Assembly: GCA_049969975.1 (NCBI GenBank)
Contig: JBMFNW010000002.1
Coordinates: 1 to 59,642 of the forward strand
Reading direction: 5' to 3'
Origin: Candidatus Nanoarchaeia archaeon
GTDB taxonomy: Archaea > Nanobdellota > Nanobdellia > UBA10117
Length of the DNA: 59,642 nucleotides
The notes beneath the pieces were generated by a model, which was given only the letters and a program-made list of their open reading frames with translations, did not search any database and was not told the DNA's origin. This document shows positions 47,013 through 53,853 of the stretch, piece by piece. The first letter of the stretch is position 1, and each line of letters begins with the position of its first letter. The translations under genes were made by a program, and so were the position numbers.

Positions 47013-47563
47013 TTAAAAAAATCCTAAGAGAAAGTTTAGTAATTTTAATAGTCGCATCTATTTTGAGCACAATTGGAGGCATCGGACTAGAAGCCTTAAA
47101 AACAAAATTTATTTTCTTAATACCTTTACTTATTTTAATACCTGCGCTAAATGATGCCATAGGTGATTTTGGCGTTATAATAAGTTCAAAATTTACAACA
47201 ATTCTTTACTCTGGAAAATTAAATAAAAAGAAGTGGTGGCAATCGCTAGAACTTAGCAACGAGTTTAAAACAATAAGTACTGTTGCACTATTTATGGCTT
47301 TTTACTTAGCTGTATTATCGATTTTTTTTGCAGTTTTGCAAGGTGCAAAAATAAATATTATTGAATGCTTGAAAATTGTTGCAGTTTCTTACATGTTGAT
47401 GGCTTCGCTTGTTTTAATAATATTTTTCTTAGCAGTAATTTTTGGTATTTGGGTTTATAAAAGAAAAGAAGACCCGAATAATTTCTTAATACCTATAACA
47501 ACAGCCATTGCAGATATTTGCAGTTTGCTTTTATTTTCTGCTTTTCTCACTTTTTTGTTTTAG
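47003..47563 (+). CDS. MgtE-like divalent cation transporter membrane-domain protein, second of pair
   Basis: IPALNDAIGDFGVIISSKF and DPNNFLIPITTAIADICS motifs. The ATG at 47003 overlaps the upstream gene by 10 nt. Confidence 0.7.
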   Translation: MWVIKKILRESLVILIVASILSTIGGIGLEALKTKFIFLIPLLILIPALNDAIGDFGVIISSKFTTILYSGKLNKKKWWQSLELSNEFKTISTVALFMAFYLAVLSIFFAVLQGAKINIIECLKIVAVSYMLMASLVLIIFFLAVIFGIWVYKRKEDPNNFLIPITTAIADICSLLLFSAFLTFLF

Positions 47564-48166
47564 TCTAAAGCCTGTGCAAATGATATAAATTTCTGCAGAA
47601 CCTTTCAAAGATGCTTTTGGTTTAAATTCTTTGACTTGCTTGAAGTATTGCCTAATTTCACGTAAAAAAAATCCATATTCAGGTCCTCTAAATGCTTTTG
47701 TTACAAAACAGCCATTTTGTTTTAAAACAGAAAGTGCAAAGTTAAGTGCGCATTTTGTTATTTTTAACGCTAAACCAATATCTTTGCTTTTAATTCCAGA
47801 AAATTTGGGTGCAGCATCACATAACACAACATCAGCTTTTTTTCCGTCTAATAATTCATTCACTTTTTTTATCGTGCTTTGTGCACAGATATCGCCAAGT
47901 ACTGCTTCGAAATTTTTCCCGAGATCTGAAATTGGTACAATATCAACTCCTATTACTAATCCATTTTTACCGACACAATCTAAAGCAACTTGTGACCAAC
48001 TTCCAGGTGCAGCTCCCAAATCAATAACTATATTGTCTTTCTTGATTATTTTAAATTTATTTTGTATTTCAAGCAATTTATAAGCTGAGCGTGCTCTAAA
48101 TTTTTCTTTTTTTGCTTTACGATAAAAGAACTCTTGTTTTCTTTTTTTAAACCAAACTTCAGACAT
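47531..48166 (-). CDS. rlmE: 23S rRNA (uridine-2'-O)-methyltransferase RlmE/FtsJ
   Basis: RSAYKLLEI and DLGAAPGSWSQV motifs, plus the catalytic pattern D...D..PK. Confidence 0.9.
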   Translation of the reverse strand: MSEVWFKKRKQEFFYRKAKKEKFRARSAYKLLEIQNKFKIIKKDNIVIDLGAAPGSWSQVALDCVGKNGLVIGVDIVPISDLGKNFEAVLGDICAQSTIKKVNELLDGKKADVVLCDAAPKFSGIKSKDIGLALKITKCALNFALSVLKQNGCFVTKAFRGPEYGFFLREIRQYFKQVKEFKPKASLKGSAEIYIICTGFRLKQKSEKSRK

Positions 48167-48171
48167 TATTT

Positions 48172-48218
48172 TTGTCCTTTTAATTTTTGCCCTTTAAATT
48201 TATTTTGCCTTTTAATTA
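48172..48218. repeat. three degenerate ~15-nt direct repeats (TTGYCCYTTTAAWTT) directly upstream of the rlmE start, in a divergent intergenic region
   Basis: Read directly: TTGTCCTTTTAATTT (48172-48186), TTGCCCTTTAAATTT (48187-48201) and TTGCCTTTTAATTA (48205-48218). Further TTTTTAAWTTA units follow up to about 48260. Confidence 0.55.
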
Positions 48219-48287
48219 TTTTTAAATTAATTTTTAATTTATTTTTAATTATTTTCCTGAAGCAACAAGTTTTTAAAGTTATTTTTT

Positions 48288-48596
48288 ATGTATTTTAACA
48301 TGAGTGTTGTGGGAAATGCAACAAAAATTAAATGTTCGAAAATATTTTTACGTGAAAAACCAATAGATTTGCTCTTTTGTCTAAGCAAAGGCTTAGCTAA
48401 GGAGAAATATCCATCGATGCTAGCCAAAGATTCGAAGTGTACCTACAGCCACACCGTGCATTTGTTACAGAAAATGGAGAAATTAGACATTGTACGGTTT
48501 GAAAAAAAAGGCAGATTAAAAATTGTAACATTGACTAAGAAAGGCCAAGAACTTGCAGATTTGTTTGAATCTTTGGCTAAAGTGTTTAATAAATAA
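48288..48596 (+). CDS. winged-helix transcriptional regulator (ArsR/MarR-like)
   Basis: PSMLAKDSKCTYSHTVHLLQKMEKLDIVRFEKKGRLKIVTLTKKGQELA, an HTH-plus-wing pattern. Confidence 0.65.
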   Translation: MYFNMSVVGNATKIKCSKIFLREKPIDLLFCLSKGLAKEKYPSMLAKDSKCTYSHTVHLLQKMEKLDIVRFEKKGRLKIVTLTKKGQELADLFESLAKVFNK

Positions 48597-48607
48597 AAGG
48601 AGGTAAA

Positions 48608-48763
48608 ATGGTTGAAGGCTACTGCGTTAAATGTAAGAAGAAAGTAGAGATTAAAAACCCTGTAAATGTTACGATGAAAGGAAAAGCAGGCAATAGGCCT
48701 GCTGTGAAAGGAGTTTGCCCAAATTGCGGAACAGCAGTATTTAGAATTGGTGCAAGTGCATAG
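48608..48763 (+). CDS. small zinc-ribbon protein (DUF5679-like, 51 aa; below ORF-track cutoff)
   Basis: Hand translation: MVEGYCVKCKKKVEIKNPVNVTMKGKAGNRPAVKGVCPNCGTAVFRIGASA*. CxxC...CxxC. A strong SD (AAGGAGGT) lies 5 nt upstream. Confidence 0.7.
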   Translation: MVEGYCVKCKKKVEIKNPVNVTMKGKAGNRPAVKGVCPNCGTAVFRIGASA

Positions 48764-48805
48764 AAAGAGCTAGAACCAAACATAGAATGGAGCGATGCTG
48801 AAATA

Positions 48806-49219
48806 ATGTTGGGCACAACTCACTTATTGTTTTCTTTTCTTTTTGGCTCTTTTATTTTTAAATTCGTTGGCGGAACATTTATAACAAAAGTTTTTTGGAC
48901 ATCTGCATTGCTAGCAGGCACTTTTTTGCCAGATTTGGATATGAAATTTAAATTTTTAGAGCACAGAGGCTTGTTGCATACTATTTGGTTACCTCTTGCA
49001 TTACTGATCCTTGGCGGTCTCGTAACAAAATTACAAATTTTATTTCTTCCTTTTGCAATTGGTTTTTTAAGCCATCTTTTTGCTGACGCACTAAATCCTT
49101 CAGGCGTGGCTTTTTTTGCTCCAATTTCAAATTACAGGCTTTGTGGGCCAATAAAAACAAATTCTTTATTAGAATTATGTTTGGTTATTTTTTTGCTGAT
49201 TTTGATTTTCTTTAGTTAA
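48806..49219 (+). CDS. membrane-bound metal-dependent hydrolase (DUF457/YdjM-like)
   Basis: N-terminal GTTHLLFS, HRGLLHT and SHLFADALNPSGV histidine motifs within 4 TM helices. Confidence 0.7.
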   Translation: MLGTTHLLFSFLFGSFIFKFVGGTFITKVFWTSALLAGTFLPDLDMKFKFLEHRGLLHTIWLPLALLILGGLVTKLQILFLPFAIGFLSHLFADALNPSGVAFFAPISNYRLCGPIKTNSLLELCLVIFLLILIFFS

Positions 49220-49690
49220 GTCAAAAATTTCTTTATCAAAAATTTCTCTATCTAATAGCACAGCATATTGCTCTATTCTTTCTATTGCAGGCTTTATAAG
49301 ATACTCTTTTATGTAATTGCTAATAATTTGCTCAATTGTGCCAAATTCAGTAATTCTGTAACCTTCGGGTACTTTTTCTACGAGCTTGTACATTTTCAAT
49401 CTTCTAAGTTGTCTCCGTAAATTTGGTTTTGAAGCACCTTTGATTGTGCTAAGGTTTTGTGCAAAATCTTCTATTTTGAGAATTTTTTTAGCTTTTCTTG
49501 CATTTAACAGCAATACAAAAATATCTACAATTATGTCTCGCGACTCACCGGGATTTAAAAGACCTATGGAAAGTAAAAATTTTTTGGCTAGCTCTCTTTG
49601 GCTTAAGCCTTTTGGCTCTTCGTATTTTCTTAAAGTAATTTCTTGAAGTGGTAAATCTTTAAGTGCCTTTTTTTCCACCCTTTTTTCCAT
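49175..49690 (-). CDS. putative winged-helix DNA-binding protein
   Basis: LSQRELAKKFLLSIGLL....SRDIIVDIF and LRRQLRRLKMYKLVEKVPEGYRITEFG (a wing-like segment). No family could be assigned. Confidence 0.45.
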   Translation of the reverse strand: MEKRVEKKALKDLPLQEITLRKYEEPKGLSQRELAKKFLLSIGLLNPGESRDIIVDIFVLLLNARKAKKILKIEDFAQNLSTIKGASKPNLRRQLRRLKMYKLVEKVPEGYRITEFGTIEQIISNYIKEYLIKPAIERIEQYAVLLDREIFDKEIFDLTKENQNQQKNNQT

Positions 49691-49759
49691 TTACACATTT
49701 TTCTTTTTATTGAATTTAAGCTTTTGGCTTTTTAGTTTGGATCGATTGATTTTAGCGAT

Positions 49760-50866
49760 TTAGCTTATACAATTTGCCTTTTCAACTGAAGAGTTTACTA
49801 TTTGACTTAATTTAATTTTATTTTCTAGTTGTTCAAGGGTTTTAAAATCAATTTTTGTTTTTGGTTTTTTTGCTACGAGTGCACAGCAATCGTGATATGG
49901 TTTAATCGAAAGTTCATAAGTGCCTATGCGCTTTGCAAGTTCAACAATTTCTTTTTTGTCTAAACCAATAAGAGGCCTAAAAATTGTTATATTTATGCCT
50001 CGGTCGATTGTTTTAAGATTGGAAATTGTTTGTGAAGCAACTTGTCCTAAACTATCTCCTAAAACTATTGCATCGTAGTTTTGGCTCTTAGCAATGCTTT
50101 CTGCAACTTTAAGCATAAATCGTCTAAAAAGTTGCAGCTCATAGTTTTGTAAATCTAATGTTGCTAGTTGAAAATCCCAAATAGGTACTAGCCAAAGTTT
50201 GCTTGTTTGAGTATATTTTTTTAATTGCTCGAACAATTCTAAAATTTTAGAATTCTTTATTTCATCAAGGCTACGGACAGAATAAAAGTGTAAAAAATCT
50301 ACTTTTGCACCGCGCTTTGCAATTAACCACGCAGCCACAGGACTATCTATGCCACCAGATAGCAAACAAAGTATTTTGCCAGAAACTCCAACAGGTAAAC
50401 CTCCCAAGCCATTTATTTTTTCTGTGTAAATAAGGGCACTTTCATTTAATATGTCAATAAAAATTTTAAGTTCAGGGTCCTTTGCTGAAAATTTGAATCC
50501 TTTGGCCTCACATGCAGAACCAATTTGTCTTGCAAGTTCAATCGATGTTAATGGAAATTTTTTATTTGCACGATTTATTTCAATTTTGAATGTTTTGGGG
50601 TTTTTTTCTGTCAAAATTTGTATGGTTTTTGAAGTTAAAACAGCAATATCTAATGGCAAAATTTCGACATTAGCAAACCAAGCAATACCAAAAATTTCTT
50701 TTAAAAGCGATGCTTTCGCGTCACAACCTTCTATTAAAATTGAGCAAAGCTCTTTTTTAATTTGCACATTTCCCAATTTTGCCCTAATATTTTGAATTAG
50801 CGTACTTTCAAATATATGTCTATTTTTACCTTTTAGTCCAATTTCTGCATATCTTACGAGTAACAT
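49760..50866 (-). CDS. thiI: tRNA 4-thiouridine synthase ThiI (THUMP + PP-loop, no rhodanese)
   Basis: LVRYAEIGLKGKNR, a THUMP domain, and the PP-loop LLSGGIDSPVAAW. Confidence 0.9.
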   Translation of the reverse strand: MLLVRYAEIGLKGKNRHIFESTLIQNIRAKLGNVQIKKELCSILIEGCDAKASLLKEIFGIAWFANVEILPLDIAVLTSKTIQILTEKNPKTFKIEINRANKKFPLTSIELARQIGSACEAKGFKFSAKDPELKIFIDILNESALIYTEKINGLGGLPVGVSGKILCLLSGGIDSPVAAWLIAKRGAKVDFLHFYSVRSLDEIKNSKILELFEQLKKYTQTSKLWLVPIWDFQLATLDLQNYELQLFRRFMLKVAESIAKSQNYDAIVLGDSLGQVASQTISNLKTIDRGINITIFRPLIGLDKKEIVELAKRIGTYELSIKPYHDCCALVAKKPKTKIDFKTLEQLENKIKLSQIVNSSVEKANCIS

Positions 50867-51052
50867 TTTTACTTAAGATTTGTTTACTCAAGTAAACACA
50901 TCTACGCTTTTAAATTTTATTCTCTTATAAATTATTTTGTAGAAACTCTCAAAAGGGTAGGGGATTTGATGAATGTTAAATTTACACTTCGGGCACTCAT
51001 AACTTCTGAGTAGTTTGTATTTATTATCTCAGTTGGCTTATTTCTCATATGC

Positions 51053-51853
51053 TTAAGCCTCAACCAAGTAGCGCTTAGCTTCTCGCGCCACCTCTTCCAT
51101 GAATTTGAGATATTCCTCGAGGCTAGTCCCAAGCTTTTTAACAAAGTCTGTATCTTTTGGTTTTAAAATTTTATTCAAGCTCCAGCCATCTAAGCTTCCC
51201 TGTTTCGCTCTAATAAACTCAAATCTAGGAACAATCCTTCTTTCAAAGGAATAGGTTAAAGCAGCCGGAAAATGCTCTATATCTTTTATACTAAAAGGAG
51301 TTTTTTCAGGATTTGTAATATAAGAATATCTGTCAAACATTTTTTGGATATCACACCCAAGAACTTGCGGACGTTTTTCAACAAATTTACTAATATCCTC
51401 AACTCCAAGCTCTCTTAGCCAATCAACTCTGTCTTGCATACCCTCTATATTACACGCAAGAACTTGCGGAAGTTGTTCAACAACTTTATCAATTTTCTTA
51501 ACTCCAAGCTCTCTTAGCCAATCAACTCTGTCTTGCATACTTTCTATACTATACGCAAGAACTTGCGGATGTTTTTCAACAACTTTATCAATTTTCTTAA
51601 CTCCTAGATCTTTCAGGTAAAGAATACTTGCAACTATTGTATATAGAGAGCCTCTAATCTTGTCAGGCTCTATTTCATAGCCTAGCTTTTCAAGCAGCGT
51701 GTCTTTTACTTGCTGCTTATAGCCGTAGTTTACACTTTCATCCAGCTTTTCAGTTAAGTTGGCTATATATTCCTTTTGCTCTTGCCGACCAGGCTCGTAA
51801 GCTTGCAGAGCCTGAACAAGATCATCCAAAGTTTCCATATTGACTTTTTCCAT
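51053..51853 (-). CDS. mTERF-repeat protein (mitochondrial transcription termination factor-like family)
   Basis: Three consecutive 33-aa units: L(K/R)(D/E)LGV(K/E)(K/D)I(D/S)K(V/F)VE..PQVL(A/G)(Y/C).I..M.DR..(W/Y). A terminal unit FPAALTYSFERRIVPRFEFI matches the P..L.YSLE.RI.PR..FL mTERF signature. Confidence 0.7.
   Translation of the reverse strand: MEKVNMETLDDLVQALQAYEPGRQEQKEYIANLTEKLDESVNYGYKQQVKDTLLEKLGYEIEPDKIRGSLYTIVASILYLKDLGVKKIDKVVEKHPQVLAYSIESMQDRVDWLRELGVKKIDKVVEQLPQVLACNIEGMQDRVDWLRELGVEDISKFVEKRPQVLGCDIQKMFDRYSYITNPEKTPFSIKDIEHFPAALTYSFERRIVPRFEFIRAKQGSLDGWSLNKILKPKDTDFVKKLGTSLEEYLKFMEEVAREAKRYLVEA
51345..51620. repeat. intragenic tandem 99-nt repeats (about 3 units) within the mTERF-like gene
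   Basis: The 41-nt block AACTCCAAGCTCTCTTAGCCAATCAACTCTGTCTTGCATAC occurs identically at 51401-51441 and 51500-51540. CAAGAACTTGCGGA occurs three times. CAACAACTTTATCAATTTTCTTAACTCC occurs twice. Confidence 0.85.
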
Positions 51854-51872
51854 ATTTACTTAGAAGTGACAA

Positions 51873-51883
51873 ATATTTAAAAA
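51873..51883 (-). promoter_or_regulatory. TATA-like box upstream of the mTERF-like gene (short or absent leader)
   Basis: The reverse strand reads GCTTTTTAAATATTTGTCAC. The box is centred about 25 nt upstream of the ATG at 51853. Confidence 0.35.
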
Positions 51884-51914
51884 GCTTTCTAATTATTTGC
51901 TGTGTTGTATAATT

Positions 51915-51937
51915 AAAGAAATTTGACAAATTTCTTT
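51915..51937. other. perfect 10-bp inverted repeat with 3-nt loop (AAAGAAATTT-GAC-AAATTTCTTT)
   Basis: Read directly from the sequence. It lies between the 48-aa ORF and the mTERF-like gene. It could be a terminator hairpin or an operator. Confidence 0.5.
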
Positions 51938-52041
51938 CTATTTTTATTTCAAAAAATCAAATACAGCCCACTTTTGAAAGCAGATTATAAGTCCAAAATT
52001 TTCTTTTTGCTTCTTTGTACATATTGCGCTTCTTTGTCGAT

Positions 52042-52188
52042 CTAACAGATTTCCTTAAGCGCATCTAACCAGGTATCAAGGAATTTAGGGTTAATTAAAA
52101 CTTTCCTCTCTTCAAAGTCTTTTATTAGTTTCTTTCCAAATCTCTTTTTATCTTCGTACTCCTTACGTCTTTTTCTCTTAGCAGCCAT
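52042..52188 (-). CDS. possible 48-aa highly basic protein (below ORF-track cutoff)
   Basis: Hand translation: MAAKRKRRKEYEDKKRFGKKLIKDFEERKVLINPKFLDTWLDALKEIC*. Preceded by AAAAGGAGGTTTA-ATG, one of the best SD matches in the window. Confidence 0.45.
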   Translation of the reverse strand: MAAKRKRRKEYEDKKRFGKKLIKDFEERKVLINPKFLDTWLDALKEIC

Positions 52189-52387
52189 TAAACCTCCTTT
52201 TCCACCTTCATTTTACTTAGGAAAAGCCTCAGAGCCAAAATTCTGTAAGAGATTGGCCAAAGGAGTTGTTTATTCGATAAAAAGCCTAAAGACTTTTAAA
52301 CACCTAAAGAATTATAAGGCAACATGTCCTATTTTCAAAGTTGTTGCTTAATTGTGCAACACAGCATCTCTTGTCTAATATTTTTTA

Positions 52388-52903
52388 TTAATACCATTCT
52401 TTTTTAAGATGTAAAATGTATGCAAGTACATTTGTGCCAAAATGAGCTAGCGGTGTTAATACAAAAATTATGATGAGCATTGGTATTGATGGCTTTTCAA
52501 CCAATGCACAAAAAAGAACAGCAAAAACAACAAAGCCAAGTTGATCTAGTCCAGGTAGAGCTTGTCCTCTTGCAAGTCCAAGTCTTCTTTTAATAAATGA
52601 GCCAACCAAATCTCCAAGCAGTGCACCAAAGCTTAAAAGAAAACCTGCTAAAAGTCTGCTTTGGAGCAGGCCAACAAAAGTTCCTGTAAGTACTCCTCCA
52701 ACAAATCCTCCCCATGTTTTTCCTTGACCAAAAATTGGCTTGCCGTTCCATGTTTTGTTAAAATCTATTGGTAAATTATGTTTGCCTAGAAGTTTTGCCC
52801 AAATAACTGGGCTAGCGTTTGCAAAATATGCAGGTAAAATAAATAAAATCGAATTTAAAAGTATTGTAAGCAAATTTGTTAAATTTGCAAATGAATTTAT
52901 CAT
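52388..52903 (-). CDS. carS: CDP-archaeol synthase (CarS, DUF46 family)
   Basis: LPAYFANASPV, PIDF....NGKPIFGQGKTWGG, GALLGDLVGSFIKRRLGL and PGLDQL motifs. Confidence 0.85.
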   Translation of the reverse strand: MINSFANLTNLLTILLNSILFILPAYFANASPVIWAKLLGKHNLPIDFNKTWNGKPIFGQGKTWGGFVGGVLTGTFVGLLQSRLLAGFLLSFGALLGDLVGSFIKRRLGLARGQALPGLDQLGFVVFAVLFCALVEKPSIPMLIIIFVLTPLAHFGTNVLAYILHLKKEWY

Positions 52904-52910
52904 TTTATAA

Positions 52911-53726
52911 TTATAATAAATCTAAGGGGCTTTTAATTTTTTTTAATTCGGTGGCTGAAACTTTTGTATATATTTGAGTTGTACTAAGATCTGCATGTCC
53001 GAGCAGCTCTTGTATTTTTCTTATGTCTACGCCAGCTTCGAGTAAATGTGTAGCAAAACTATGTCTAAGTGTGTGCGGCGAAACTTTCTTAGTTATGCCT
53101 GCTTGTTCCGCAGCTTTTTGTACTATTGCTTGGACAGTTCTTACGCTGTATTTTGGCCCAAAGCCAGTAAATATAAACTCTTCAGGGTTTTTGTCTTTTA
53201 GGAGCTCCTGAAGTTTTGGCAATAGTTTTTTAGATATGATAAAAAAGCGATCTTTTGCACCTTTACCAGATCTTATCCAGCCAATACCATTTTCGAGCTC
53301 AAAATCTTTTACTTTTAAATTTACAACTTCGCTAACACGCATGCCTGTTGAGTAAAGGAGTTCTAGTAAAAGTTTGTGTTTTGGATTTTTTGGTGTAGAA
53401 ATGAGTTTTGAAACTTCTTCTTTTGTTAAAACTACAGGAAGATGTTTTGGTATTTGGATTTTTTTTGGTAAGTCGACTGGTTTTTTAAAAATATCTTCGA
53501 ATAAGAATTTTAGTGCAGCCTTTGCAAGAGCTACACTTTTTATACAAACTTTTTTTTCATTTAGCAAATGTGCCAAGAAAGCTCTTGCAGTATTTGAGTT
53601 TGGCTCTTGCCCACTCAAAAATTCAAAATATTTTTTTATGAAATAAGTGTATGTTTTGACAGTTCTTGGACTTGCACCTCTCAGCTGAAGTTCAATAGCA
53701 GCTTTTTCCACTTCATTGTATTGCAT
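52911..53726 (-). CDS. xerA: tyrosine recombinase XerA (XerC/D-like)
   Basis: An SAM-like N-terminal domain. Catalytic motifs ...GMRVSEV..., HTLRHSFATHLLEAGVDIRKIQELLGH and the tyrosine in TQIYTKV. Confidence 0.85.
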   Translation of the reverse strand: MQYNEVEKAAIELQLRGASPRTVKTYTYFIKKYFEFLSGQEPNSNTARAFLAHLLNEKKVCIKSVALAKAALKFLFEDIFKKPVDLPKKIQIPKHLPVVLTKEEVSKLISTPKNPKHKLLLELLYSTGMRVSEVVNLKVKDFELENGIGWIRSGKGAKDRFFIISKKLLPKLQELLKDKNPEEFIFTGFGPKYSVRTVQAIVQKAAEQAGITKKVSPHTLRHSFATHLLEAGVDIRKIQELLGHADLSTTQIYTKVSATELKKIKSPLDLL

Positions 53727-53780
53727 AATTTATAAAAATAAATTTTATTTAAAAAGTTTTAAATTTTAAAAGTTCAAATT

Positions 53781-53828
53781 TTAAATAAGCAATAAATATA
53801 AAATCGATAAATATTAAATAAGCAATAA
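53781..53828. repeat. 15-nt perfect direct repeat TTAAATAAGCAATAA (53781-53795 and 53814-53828) in the xerA/rtcB divergent intergenic region
   Basis: Read directly from the sequence. The 18-nt spacer contains ATCGAT. Confidence 0.5.
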
Positions 53829-53853
53829 GTGTTTGATAATTTAATTGATAACC

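Noticed and set aside
48172-48260. Possible CRISPR-like array from short repeats upstream of rlmE; similarly the tandem 16-mers at 17177-17208 and the repeats inside secE at 28200-28450
   Set aside because: The units are 11-16 nt, contiguous or nearly so, degenerate, and lack unique spacers of 30-40 nt. No cas genes are nearby. This is not a CRISPR array.
48619-48816. 65-aa minus-strand ORF
   Set aside because: It is antisense to the 51-aa zinc-ribbon gene, which has a strong SD and a recognisable CxxC...CxxC architecture.
50932-51144. 70-aa minus-strand ORF overlapping the 3' end of the mTERF-like gene
   Set aside because: It overlaps the better-supported mTERF frame, extends into intergenic DNA, and has no start signals.
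51053-51853. Apparent GC enrichment of the mTERF-like gene as evidence of horizontal transfer
   Set aside because: Hand counts of three 60-nt samples gave about 48%, 37% and 27% GC. This is too heterogeneous, and it overlaps values seen in core genes such as ppsA. It needs a proper windowed or k-mer computation before being used as evidence.
53781-53828. Candidate dif site next to xerA
   Set aside because: The repeats are direct rather than inverted, and the spacer does not form the imperfect palindrome expected for Xer binding. It is kept only as a low-interest observation.
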